From contig CAVPIW010000006.1 in NCBI GenBank assembly GCA_963705105.1, positions 992,001-1,056,000 of the forward strand: a DNA stretch of 64,000 nt, read 5' to 3'. Of the stretch, positions 30,224 through 42,337 are shown in pieces. Origin of the DNA: an uncultured Nitrospiraceae bacterium (GTDB lineage Bacteria > Nitrospirota > Thermodesulfovibrionia > Thermodesulfovibrionales > Dissulfurispiraceae). Numbering within the stretch: the stretch's first letter is position 1; each line of letters begins with the position of its first letter. Both the position numbers and the translations under genes were made by a program. Under the pieces are notes generated by a model. The model was not told the origin of the DNA. It did no database searches and saw nothing but the letters and a program-made list of their open reading frames with translations.

Positions 30224-31243
30224 GTGCCTTCTCTTTTCAGGGTTTCCGCGCACACGTTGAATAACGGGAGGACGGAGACGAAAACAATAGAGCTCCTCCT
30301 GGACGAGCAGAAGGAGTACCCCTTCATCCACGGCGGCCTCGACAAGACCATGAAGGTCGTCGAAGAGACCCTCAAGGTGGCCATCAGCATTCGCGGCAAC
30401 AAGCTCCTCATCCAGGGCGAAGACGGGCATGTCGCGAAGGCCGAAAAGCTGATCCAGGAGATCAGGTCCGTCAACCGTGACGGCTATGCGCTCAAGCCCG
30501 AGGATATCAGCTACGCGCTCCGGTCCCTCTCGGAAGGGGGGGAGCTTTCGATCCAGGAGCTCTTTTCACGTAACATCCCCGTGTCGTCGAAACGGCGGTT
30601 CATCATCCCCAAGACGGACAACCAGCGCCTGTACATCGAGGCGATCCAGCGCTACGACATCGTCTTCGGCATCGGGCCGGCCGGGACGGGAAAGACCTAC
30701 CTCGCCATGGCCATGGCGATCAACGCATTCCTGTCCAAGCACGTTTCACGCATCGTCCTCGTCCGCCCCGCCGTTGAGGCGGGCGAAAAGCTCGGTTTTC
30801 TGCCGGGCGACATCGCCGAGAAGGTCAGCCCCTATCTCCGGCCCCTGTATGATGCGCTGTTCGATATGATGGAGATCGACAAAGCCTCCAAGCTCATCGA
30901 GAGGGGGATCATCGAGATCGCGCCGCTCGCTTTCATGAGGGGCAGGACGCTGAACGACTCCTTCATCATCCTCGACGAGGCGCAGAACACGACGACGGAG
31001 CAGATGAAGATGTACCTGACGAGACTCGGCTTCGGCTCGAAAACGGTGATAACCGGCGACATCACGCAGATCGACCTGCCCCAGGGGAGGGTCTCGGGGC
31101 TTGTCGAGGCGATCCGCATCCTGAAAGACATCGGGGACATCAACATCACCTTCTTTACGCAACGGGACGTCGTGCGGCACAGACTCGTCCAGGAGATCGT
31201 CAAGGCCTATGAACATCATGAAAAACGGGATGCCGAAGAGTAG
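30224..31243 (+). CDS. phoH: PhoH-like ATPase
   Basis: GPAGTGKTYLA, RPAVEAGEKLGFLPGD, LAFMRGRTL, LDEAQN, GDITQIDL. Exact start uncertain. Confidence 0.93.
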   Translation: MPSLFRVSAHTLNNGRTETKTIELLLDEQKEYPFIHGGLDKTMKVVEETLKVAISIRGNKLLIQGEDGHVAKAEKLIQEIRSVNRDGYALKPEDISYALRSLSEGGELSIQELFSRNIPVSSKRRFIIPKTDNQRLYIEAIQRYDIVFGIGPAGTGKTYLAMAMAINAFLSKHVSRIVLVRPAVEAGEKLGFLPGDIAEKVSPYLRPLYDALFDMMEIDKASKLIERGIIEIAPLAFMRGRTLNDSFIILDEAQNTTTEQMKMYLTRLGFGSKTVITGDITQIDLPQGRVSGLVEAIRILKDIGDINITFFTQRDVVRHRLVQEIVKAYEHHEKRDAEE

Positions 31244-32882
31244 CGCCCCGCCGCCGAAGAAGCGCAGGAACGTCGCGGAGATACTGAGACAGTTCCGCGA
31301 GAAATACCGCGACGATATGTCTCAGGTCGCGGCTCTCCTCGGACTGAGCTTCCTCTCCGCGCTCATCATCCAGGAAACGGTCGACATCGCCAGATTCCTC
31401 GGGACCTTCATGCTCACGAGCCTGGTCCTCCTCATTTTCTACAAGGACATCAAGCGCTACAAACCTTTATACCTGAAGAACTACAAGATGCTCGTCCTGC
31501 TCTGCCTGCTCATCACGGGTACCCTGCTGGCCAGCCGCGTTTTCGCCTTTCTCCACTCGGGGATGGAACGGGGCCTCGATCTTCCCGCGGGAGGAGCCTT
31601 CATCTACGGCTTGCCCGTGCCCATCGGCTCGATGCTCGTCACACTCGTCTTCGATTTTCACACGGCCATCATCTTCTCCTTCGTGATCAGCCTGCTGGCA
31701 GGCATATGGCAGAACAACCCCCTCTTTGCCGTGTACGCTTTCATCGGCAGCCTGACAGCGGCCTTCTGCGTCATCCGCTGCAAGAAAAGGTCCGCCCTCA
31801 TCAAGGCCGGACTCGCCGTGACGGCAATAAACCTGCTCACGTCGGCGATCATCCTTGTCTACAACAGCACGATCCTGACGCCCGTCGCCATATCGACCTT
31901 CTTCTTCGCCGCCATCTCGGGCATCATGGTGGCAGGCGTGGTGTCGCTCATTCTTCCCGTCATCGAGTATCTCTTCGGCGTGACGACGGACATCAGCCTC
32001 ATAGAGCTCCTCGACCTGGATCAGCCCCTTATGCGGAACATGCTCATCACCACCCCCGGCACGTACCACCACAGCGTCATCGTCGGCAACCTTGCCGAGG
32101 CCGCCGCCGAGGCCGTCGGGGCCAATCCCCTCCTGGCCCGCGTGAGCGCCTATTATCACGACATCGGAAAGATGAAGATGCCCGAGTATTTCGTCGAAAA
32201 CCAGACGAACAACGTGAACAGGCATGACAAACTCCTCCCCCACATGAGCAGCATGATCCTCACCGCCCATGTCAAGGAAGGGCTCGAACTGGCGAGGCAG
32301 TATAAACTCCCCCAGACGGTGACCGACATCATCCAGCAGCACCACGGCACAAGCGTGATCACCTACTTCTATCAGAAGGCCGTCGATCAGAGCGCCGAGC
32401 AGAAACCCCTGAAGGAGGACTACCAATACCCCGGCCCGAAACCGCAGACGCGGGTCGCCGCCCTCGTCATGATGGCCGATGCCGTCGAGGCGGCGTCACG
32501 GACCCTGACGGACCCGACGCCGGCGCGCATCGCCGCCCATGTCGAGAAGATCATCAACAACATCTTTCTCGACGGCCAGATCGACGAGTGCGAGCTCACC
32601 CTGAAGGACATCTCCGAGATCAAGCGGCGTTTCACCCATACATTGATGGGCATCTTCCACAGGCGGATCGTCTATCCGGAAGTGCAGAGAGGCCATCAGA
32701 AGGCCGAAAAGTCGGCGACGGTCGTCGCCATGCCGGTCAAACCGCAGGAAAAGCCGGCACCGCTACCGGCGCCGCCACAGGGAAATGGACATCGTCATCC
32801 GGAACAGCCAAAGGCTGATACGCATCCACCCCCCGCGGATCGAGAAGACGCTCAGGAGCGTTCTCAGGCACTTGGCCCGTAG
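31209..32882 (+). CDS. Membrane HDIG-domain phosphohydrolase (PgpH-like)
   Basis: Multiple TM helices, PGTYHHS, YYHDIGK, YFVENQ, QHHGT, YPGPKPQT, MADAVEAASR. Confidence 0.9.
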   Translation: MNIMKNGMPKSSAPPPKKRRNVAEILRQFREKYRDDMSQVAALLGLSFLSALIIQETVDIARFLGTFMLTSLVLLIFYKDIKRYKPLYLKNYKMLVLLCLLITGTLLASRVFAFLHSGMERGLDLPAGGAFIYGLPVPIGSMLVTLVFDFHTAIIFSFVISLLAGIWQNNPLFAVYAFIGSLTAAFCVIRCKKRSALIKAGLAVTAINLLTSAIILVYNSTILTPVAISTFFFAAISGIMVAGVVSLILPVIEYLFGVTTDISLIELLDLDQPLMRNMLITTPGTYHHSVIVGNLAEAAAEAVGANPLLARVSAYYHDIGKMKMPEYFVENQTNNVNRHDKLLPHMSSMILTAHVKEGLELARQYKLPQTVTDIIQQHHGTSVITYFYQKAVDQSAEQKPLKEDYQYPGPKPQTRVAALVMMADAVEAASRTLTDPTPARIAAHVEKIINNIFLDGQIDECELTLKDISEIKRRFTHTLMGIFHRRIVYPEVQRGHQKAEKSATVVAMPVKPQEKPAPLPAPPQGNGHRHPEQPKADTHPPPADREDAQERSQALGP

Positions 32883-33333
32883 GACCGGGGATTCCCTCGT
32901 TATACCGGTCCGTTCATCATCGGGGCGTCGCATGCACATTCCCCTCGACAGCGTCGAGATCGGCATCCTTTTCGTCAATGACCGGCGGATCCGTGAGATG
33001 AACAGGCACTACCGCGGCATCGACAGAGTCACCGATGTGTTGTCCTTCTCTCAGCTGGAAGAGATGGCAGAGTCGCCGGGACAGGGGCGCATGCTCGGCG
33101 TCTCGGGGATGACGGACGTCCCGGTCCCCTTCGGCGATATCATCATCGGCCTGCACCAGGCACGGAGGCAGGCGAAGGAATACGGACTGACCCTTTCCGT
33201 CGAAATCTCCCGGCTCCTCGTTCACGGCCTGCTCCACCTCATCGGCTACGATCACGAGAAGGGCGGGCCACAGGCACGTACGATGCGGGCGAAGGAGCGT
33301 GAACTCCTCGGCGTCCTCGGCATCACCCTCTGA
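32785..33333 (+). CDS. ybeY: rRNA maturation endoribonuclease YbeY
   Basis: NRHYRGIDRVTDVLSF, GDIII, HGLLHLIGYDH. Confidence 0.92.
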   Translation: MDIVIRNSQRLIRIHPPRIEKTLRSVLRHLARRTGDSLVIPVRSSSGRRMHIPLDSVEIGILFVNDRRIREMNRHYRGIDRVTDVLSFSQLEEMAESPGQGRMLGVSGMTDVPVPFGDIIIGLHQARRQAKEYGLTLSVEISRLLVHGLLHLIGYDHEKGGPQARTMRAKERELLGVLGITL

Positions 33334-33336
33334 GCC

Positions 33337-34038
33337 ATGCCGCTCAGGAGGTGGGTCGACAGCGCGAACAACGCCATCGAGGGCATCCTTTACGCCGCCC
33401 GGACGCAGCCCCATGTCCGGTACCATCTCTATTCCGCGGCGATCATTTTGCTCATCAGCTACGTCCTCGGGATCGAACGCACCGACTTCCTTGTCATCAC
33501 CGTCGCCGTCATCCTCGTGCTCCTCGCGGAAATGATGAACACGGCCGTGGAATACGTCGTCGACATGATCTCACCGGAATTCAGCGAGGAGGCCCGCATC
33601 GCCAAGGATGTCGCGGCGGGAGCGGTACTTATCACCGCCTTCGGCGCCGTCGTCCTTGGCTACATCATCCTGTTTCCGTATTTCAGTACGATCTTCGAGC
33701 GGGGCCTGTCCGTCGCCCACCATTCCCGGGAGGAGATGATGCTCATCTCCGTCGTCATCGTCCTCATCGTCGTGATCATGATGAAGTCCTATTTCGGCAC
33801 GGGCCATCCGCTTCGGGGCGGCATGCCGAGCGGCCACGCCGCCATCGCCTTCTCCGTCTGGACGGCCGTCACGATCATCTCCCGGAGCTTCAGCGCCTCC
33901 CTCGCCTGCTTCATCCTGTCGATGCTCATCGCCCAGAGCAGGATCGCCGTGAAGGCCCACAGGCCTATTGAGGTGATCGCCGGCGCCCTCCTCGGGGCCT
34001 TTACAACAGGGCTGCTTTTCGCGATCTTTTACCTGTGA
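33337..34038 (+). CDS. dgkA: Diacylglycerol/undecaprenol kinase fused to a PAP2 phosphatase domain
   Basis: AEMMNTAVEYVVD, AKDVAAGAV, then GGMPSGHAA and SRI...H PAP2 motifs. Confidence 0.88.
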   Translation: MPLRRWVDSANNAIEGILYAARTQPHVRYHLYSAAIILLISYVLGIERTDFLVITVAVILVLLAEMMNTAVEYVVDMISPEFSEEARIAKDVAAGAVLITAFGAVVLGYIILFPYFSTIFERGLSVAHHSREEMMLISVVIVLIVVIMMKSYFGTGHPLRGGMPSGHAAIAFSVWTAVTIISRSFSASLACFILSMLIAQSRIAVKAHRPIEVIAGALLGAFTTGLLFAIFYL

Positions 34039-34219
34039 AGGTCGTTTTCGTTGGGGTCAGACTTGCGTATTGCTTTTGCTGGGTATGGTTTAGGGGAGTA
34101 ACTCGGGAGGGAGGCAACGACGAATGAGTGAAGGTCGTTTTCGTTGGGGTCAGACTTGCGTATTGCTTTTGCTGGGTATGGTTTAGGGGAGTAACTCGGG
34201 AGGGAGGCAACGACGAATG
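34035..34219. repeat. Perfect tandem duplication of 92 bp
   Basis: 34035-34126 is identical to 34128-34219, separated by a single A. Confidence 0.9.
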
Positions 34220-34238
34220 TATCAACAGCGAGAACCGG

Positions 34239-34508
34239 TCATGTGGAAAATCTCCGGATAGCGCGTGCTCGCGCCTTGGCAGCCTCATCTGCACGGTTCC
34301 TCGGTGGCGCGTTCGTCTCAAGGGAGTCCAGGAGGGTTCTGGAAACTGCCGCCACCTCGTCAGCAGCCGCAAGGAAGGCAGCTTCGTTCGCTTTCGACGG
34401 CTTGTTGAAACCGCTCACTTTTCTGACGAATTGCAATGAGGCTGCACGGATCTCTTCGTCTGTAACAGGCGGCTCAAAGTTGAAGAGTGTCCTGATATTC
34501 TTACACAT
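34239..34508 (-). CDS. DUF2277 family protein
   Basis: MCKNIRTLFNFEPPVTDEEIRAASLQFVRKVSGF. Confidence 0.88.
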   Translation of the reverse strand: MCKNIRTLFNFEPPVTDEEIRAASLQFVRKVSGFNKPSKANEAAFLAAADEVAAVSRTLLDSLETNAPPRNRADEAAKARARAIRRFST

Positions 34509-34544
34509 GAACGTTACCGTGACGCGTCAGATCACCTGACTTAC

Positions 34545-34746
34545 CCTTTCTGTTGCATGAAAAAAGGCGGGGCGAAGCACTCTGAAAACAGTGTCAGTGT
34601 CAGTGTGAGTGTCAGTGTCGGAAAAGATGTCCAGTTCTCCTGACATCGGCTTATGCCTCGCCTTCCGTAACGATACAGGTGTCGCCGCAGCAAGGCTTTC
34701 GGCGCATACACCCCGCCTTTTCGGAGACCCAATTGCAACAATAAGG
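34545..34746 (-). mobile_element. MITE family A variant with hexamer repeats, TSD TTAC
   Basis: TTAC|CCTTTCTGTTGCA ... TGCAACAATAAGG|TTAC. The right TSD contains the stop codon of the VOC gene. Confidence 0.8.
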
Positions 34747-35106
34747 TTACTTTCCTGTTTTGGCCTGCCAGAGTCCGAAAGTCGCGCCCGTCGGATCCGT
34801 AATCACGCTGAACCACCCCATATCCGGGACCTCGGTAACGTCCTTGCAGATCGTCGCGCCCAGAGCCTGAGCCTTCCTTGTCGAGGCAGCGATGTCATCA
34901 ACGAGAACATAGGGAAACCAATTATCAGGTATTTCAGGCATGGGCTTCGTCATCATCCCTCCGCCTGTCCCCTCTCCAACGTTGATTATTGTGTAGTCCA
35001 TACCGGGGATTTGTTCCAGCTTCCAGTCGAACAAGCTGGTGTAGAACTGCCTGGATTTGCCGGTGTCTTGAGTCTGCAATTCGATGTGAACAAAAGGATT
35101 CCCCAT
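34747..35106 (-). CDS. VOC (glyoxalase/bleomycin-resistance) family protein
   Basis: FVHIEL, FYTSLFDW, GGGMM, WFPYVLVDDI, DPTGATFGLWQ. Confidence 0.9.
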   Translation of the reverse strand: MGNPFVHIELQTQDTGKSRQFYTSLFDWKLEQIPGMDYTIINVGEGTGGGMMTKPMPEIPDNWFPYVLVDDIAASTRKAQALGATICKDVTEVPDMGWFSVITDPTGATFGLWQAKTGK

Positions 35107-35239
35107 GGTGCACCTCCCGCAGGTTACTCATATACTTAAGCCTATTTCACAAAATGTCTTCCGTCAAGTGGCCGGACCCTTGCACCCATTTCACAGGGCG
35201 CGGAACGCCGGATGGAACAGGTGTGAGGAATCCTTCTCC

Positions 35240-38440
<3,201 letters not shown>

Positions 38441-38686
38441 GGCTCCGTCCTTCCTTTACGTGAATGTATGTTTTCGAAAATAAGTGCTGCTGAACAATGC
38501 AGGCGCATAAAACCCGTGAATCGCCATGCGCAAACCGGGATTAACGGGATAAACCGGATAGAAGTATATATGAGGCGATCACGGACGGTCAAGAAACGGA
38601 TTCAGTATTTATGAATCCTGCCGCCGGCGTAGAGGCAGCATCTTACAGGGACATTGCACCTTATCACTTGCGGGAATGACGGTGTA

Positions 38687-38756
38687 CCCTATGGTTGCAT
38701 GAAAAGGCGGGGCGAAGCGCCTCAAAGCCTTGCTGAAGGCGTATGCAACAATGAGG
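38687..38756 (-). mobile_element. Minimal 70-bp MITE family A derivative, TSD TGTA
   Basis: TGTA|CCCTATGGTTGCA ... TGCAACAATGAGG|TGTA. Confidence 0.8.
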
Positions 38757-38793
38757 TGTATTTGCATTGCTGAAGGTATTATTGAGATGGGTT

Positions 38794-38964
38794 CTAAATT
38801 CTTCCTTCACGAAGTCCTTCCATGACTTCTTTGTCTCTTGCAGTCAGAAAAAGCCGATTGAACTGATTCACTTCTTCCAGCCACGTCAGCTTGTCCTCAA
38901 CGGAAAGGGCCATATATTCAATAATCTTTTCGTCTTCAAGGGTATAAATGAGTCCTTTATCCAT
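38794..38964 (-). CDS. Small hypothetical partner protein (56 aa) of the nucleotidyltransferase
   Basis: MDKGLIY...MALSVEDKLTWLEE; overlaps the upstream gene stop. Confidence 0.65.
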   Translation of the reverse strand: MDKGLIYTLEDEKIIEYMALSVEDKLTWLEEVNQFNRLFLTARDKEVMEGLREGRI

Positions 38965-39466
38965 TGTTTTCCTCAAGGTATTTCCTTACCTTTTCGAGCA
39001 TCGCAATATCGCTGAGGTCCTGACCACGCCCGCTGGCAGCCTTCATGGTTATCAGGTCATCAATAGATACGAGGTTGATGTCTATCCCCCCTGCTGATTT
39101 GACTGTCTTATGGCTAAAGGCCTTATTAAAATCAAGCGGGTGGACAAGAATTATATCCAGAACCTTATAATTCTCTTTCTTATGATAGAAGCTGAAGGCC
39201 TTGAGATTTCTTTCTTCTGTCCACTGTTTTACTGTTTCAGAATCAGCCATTTCATCCGGATTCACCGGCAGCCTCGGCACATACCCCAGTTCTTTCAGGA
39301 TGCCGTTCATCCTGAGAATGTTTTCTGTTTCGATGGCGATGACAATATCGAGGTCCTGCGTAACCCTCGGCACGCCATAAAGATTCACAGCTAACCCGCC
39401 AACGATCAGGTAGCGTATGTTGTTCTTATAGAACTGTTCAAGAAGGTCAAAATAAAACATGGTCAA
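38957..39466 (-). CDS. Nucleotidyltransferase (DUF6036-like) protein
   Basis: YLIVGGLAVNLYGVPRVTQDLDI, DLITMKAASGRGQDLSDI. Confidence 0.85.
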   Translation of the reverse strand: MTMFYFDLLEQFYKNNIRYLIVGGLAVNLYGVPRVTQDLDIVIAIETENILRMNGILKELGYVPRLPVNPDEMADSETVKQWTEERNLKAFSFYHKKENYKVLDIILVHPLDFNKAFSHKTVKSAGGIDINLVSIDDLITMKAASGRGQDLSDIAMLEKVRKYLEENNG

Positions 39467-39528
39467 TGATCTCGCCGCAAGTTGTATGTTATACCATATT
39501 ACCGGGATTAATGCCTGCCCTCAGTCAA

Positions 39529-39607
39529 CCTTATCGTTGCAACACACTCCCGGGAAAGGCCGGGCGAAGCGCCGAAAATCTTGCTGCGGCGACACCTGTA
39601 TCGAAAC
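39529..39607 (+). mobile_element. Truncated MITE family A (left end only)
   Basis: CCTTATCGTTGCAACACACTCCCGGGAAAGGCCGGGCG...GCGGCGACACCTGTATCGAAAC. Confidence 0.7.
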
Positions 39608-39727
39608 ACCACGCTGACCGTGGCGGGGCGATAAAAGAGATGACGGAAAAGGACTGTAATTCTCGTGCCCGCCCCCCCATGGAGGGCTTCATGGAGCTCC
39701 CCGGGACGGGCGATGAGGACGGGCTTG

Positions 39728-41032
39728 TCAGACTGCATGTCTGGAGAGGAACTCATCGACCAGACCGGAGAGGTCGACGTCGAAATCGTAGGACACCCGG
39801 ACGACGGGTTTGTCGATCTTCACCAGGCGCCGTAGGTCCACGGGCGTGGCGACGACGACCACATCGGCGGGAGAGTTCCGTATCGTCTGCTCCAGCTCGC
39901 CGATCTGCCCCCGGGAATATCCCATGGCCGGGAGCACAGGGCCGATGTGCGGATAGTCGTGGTAGATCTGTTTCAGCGAACCGGCTGCATATTCCCTCGG
40001 ATCGACCACACCGGCGACAAGGGACCGGGCGGCCGCATATCCCGCGCCGAAGGGCATGCCACCGTGTGTTATCGTCGGGCCGTCCTCGACGATGAGCGCC
40101 CTTTTCCCACGCACCGCGTCCTCGTCGCTCAGGGAGAGCGCTGTCGGCGCCTCGATGACGGCGGCGCGGGGATTGATCTCTGACACTGTATGCTTCATCG
40201 CCGCAACGGTTTCAGACGTTGCCTCGTTCACCTTTGCCAGGACAAGCACATGGGCGCGCCTCAGATTGACCTCGCCGGGGAAGTAGAGGGTCTCCTGGCC
40301 GGGCCTGAGGGCGTCGATAAGGACGATCTCAAGGTCCGGAACGATGAAGGGGAAATCGTTGTTCCCGCCGTCCCAGATGATCACGCTGCTCTCCTGTTCA
40401 GCCCTGCCGAGCACGTGGCGATAGTCGATCCCGGCAAAGACGGTGATCCCCTTTTCGACGAGGGGCTCGAACTCCTCCCTCTCCTCGATGGTGCATCCCC
40501 CGCGGTCGATGTCGCCGAGAGAACCGAAGCGGTGCCCGGGGATGAAATCGCAGTATGCCATGGGATGACGGATGACCGAGACGGCGGTCCCCCTTTTCAT
40601 GAGCAGGAGAGCCAGTTTTCGCGTCATGATCGACTTGCCGCAGCCCGTCCGGACGGCGCAGACGGAGATGACGGGCAGGCGACTCTTCAGCATCGTCCTG
40701 TCCGGGCCGTGGAGCACGAAGCCGGCCCCCTGGGCGAGGCAGCGTGAGGCCCGGTGCATGACGTGCTCGTGGGTGACGTCGCTGTAAGCGAAATTCACCT
40801 CCGCGACGGAACGGTCCTCAATGATTTGATCGATCATCTCTTCCGGTATGATCGGGATGCCGTCAGGATACAGCGGCCCCGCCAGTCCCGGCGGATAGGT
40901 CCGGTGAGCGATGTAGGGGATCTGGGAGGCCGTGAAGGCGACGACCTCACAGGACGGGTCGTCGCGGTAGACCATGTTGAAGTTGTGAAAATCCCTGCCG
41001 CCCGCCCCCATGATGACGACACGCTTCCTCAC
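39728..41032 (-). CDS. COG2403 P-loop protein (cyclic 2,3-diphosphoglycerate synthetase-like; candidate arginine synthetase)
   Basis: IMGAGGRDFHNFN, FTASQIP, AYSDV, AVRTGCGKS, RHPM, TIEEREEFEP, WDGGNND, YFPGE, VEDGPTITHGGM, LPAMGYS. Confidence 0.8.
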   Translation of the reverse strand: MRKRVVIMGAGGRDFHNFNMVYRDDPSCEVVAFTASQIPYIAHRTYPPGLAGPLYPDGIPIIPEEMIDQIIEDRSVAEVNFAYSDVTHEHVMHRASRCLAQGAGFVLHGPDRTMLKSRLPVISVCAVRTGCGKSIMTRKLALLLMKRGTAVSVIRHPMAYCDFIPGHRFGSLGDIDRGGCTIEEREEFEPLVEKGITVFAGIDYRHVLGRAEQESSVIIWDGGNNDFPFIVPDLEIVLIDALRPGQETLYFPGEVNLRRAHVLVLAKVNEATSETVAAMKHTVSEINPRAAVIEAPTALSLSDEDAVRGKRALIVEDGPTITHGGMPFGAGYAAARSLVAGVVDPREYAAGSLKQIYHDYPHIGPVLPAMGYSRGQIGELEQTIRNSPADVVVVATPVDLRRLVKIDKPVVRVSYDFDVDLSGLVDEFLSRHAV

Positions 41033-41036
41033 AGGA

Positions 41037-42324
41037 TCACTCGTCTTCCGTCACTCTCACCGCCTCGTCCAGGATGGCCAGCCCTCTCGTCATCTCCTCT
41101 TTCGTGATGATGAGGGGCGGGGCGAGGCGGATGATGTTCTTGTCCACGCCGGCATCGAGGAGCACAAGCCCCCTGTCGAGGCAGAGGTCCATGATCCTCT
41201 TCAGGCGCTGCCTGTCAGCATTCCCGTTGTCATCGACGAATTCGACGCCGATCATGAGCCCCAGGCCCCGCACGTCGCCGATGCACCGGTGCCTCTCCTG
41301 CATCTCCCTGAGGAAATCCATGGCATGGCCCCCTATGACCGCAGCGTTTTCGAGGAGCCGCTCCGACCGGATCACGTCGATGGTTGCGATGGCGGCGGCG
41401 CAGGAGACGGGGTTGCCCCCGAAGGTCGTCCCGTGGGCCCCGGGAGGCCATGCTCCCATGAGATCTCTCGTCGATATGACGGCGCCCAGAGGCATGCCCG
41501 ACGCGATCCCCTTTGCCAAGGTCATGATGTCGGGCCTGACGCCGAAATGCTCCGAGGCGAACCACTTCCCCGTCCTTCCCATGCCGGACTGCACCTCGTC
41601 GAAAACGAGGAGAATCCCATGTTCATCACAGAGTTTTCTCAGCCGGACGAGGAACTCCGCCGGCGGCACGACGTATCCCCCCTCGCCGAGGACGGGCTCG
41701 ATGATCATGCACGCCACCTCTTCAGGGTCGACGACGTGCTTCAGGAGCCTCAGGAGATGAGTGAAGCAGTCGAGGCTGCAGGCGGCGGGGCGCTGCCCGA
41801 AGAAACACCGGTAACAGTAGGGATAGGGAGAGTGATGCACGGACGGGAGAAAAGGCGCGTATGATCTGCGGTAACGGATGTTCGATGTCGTCAGGCTCAC
41901 GGACACCGAAGGTCCTGCCGTGAAAGCACCCCGTAAAGGCGATGATCCCCTGTCGCTTCGTGCTGAACCGTGCCAGTTTGAGAGCTCCCTCGACGGCCTC
42001 GGTGCCCGAATTGCCGAAGAAGAAACAATCGAGCCCCTCCGGGGTGACCGACGCAAGGCTTTCTGCGAGGCGCGCAAGGGGTTCATAATGGAACATGCAG
42101 CCCGAGTGGATGAAGCGGTCCGCCTGCCTCCGGACGGCATCGACGACGGCAGGATGATTGTGACCCGTATTCGTCGTGGCGAGGCCGGAGGTGAAATCCA
42201 TGTACCGCCTGCCCTTTTCGTCTTCGACGTAGAGCCCTTCCGCTTTCGTGACGACGACAGGCGTATGGATCACGAGGGCCGTCGTCAGGAGTTTCCCTGC
42301 CCGTGAAGGTATGCTCTCATCCAT
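41037..42324 (-). pseudogene. Class III aminotransferase (GABA/ornithine aminotransferase-like), split by a +1 frameshift near 41903
   Basis: The N half (DFTSG...GHNHP, NSGTEAVEGALK, FHGRTFG) and C half (VSLTTS, IEPVLGEGG, DEVQSGMGRTG, LAKGIASG, HGTTFGGNP) lie in different frames. Confidence 0.8.
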
Positions 42325-42337
42325 AGACACCCCGCCG

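Noticed and set aside
39728..41032. Firm call as cyclic 2,3-diphosphoglycerate synthetase
   Set aside because: No 2-phosphoglycerate kinase is nearby and the context is amino-acid catabolism, so it is left as COG2403 / candidate arginine synthetase.
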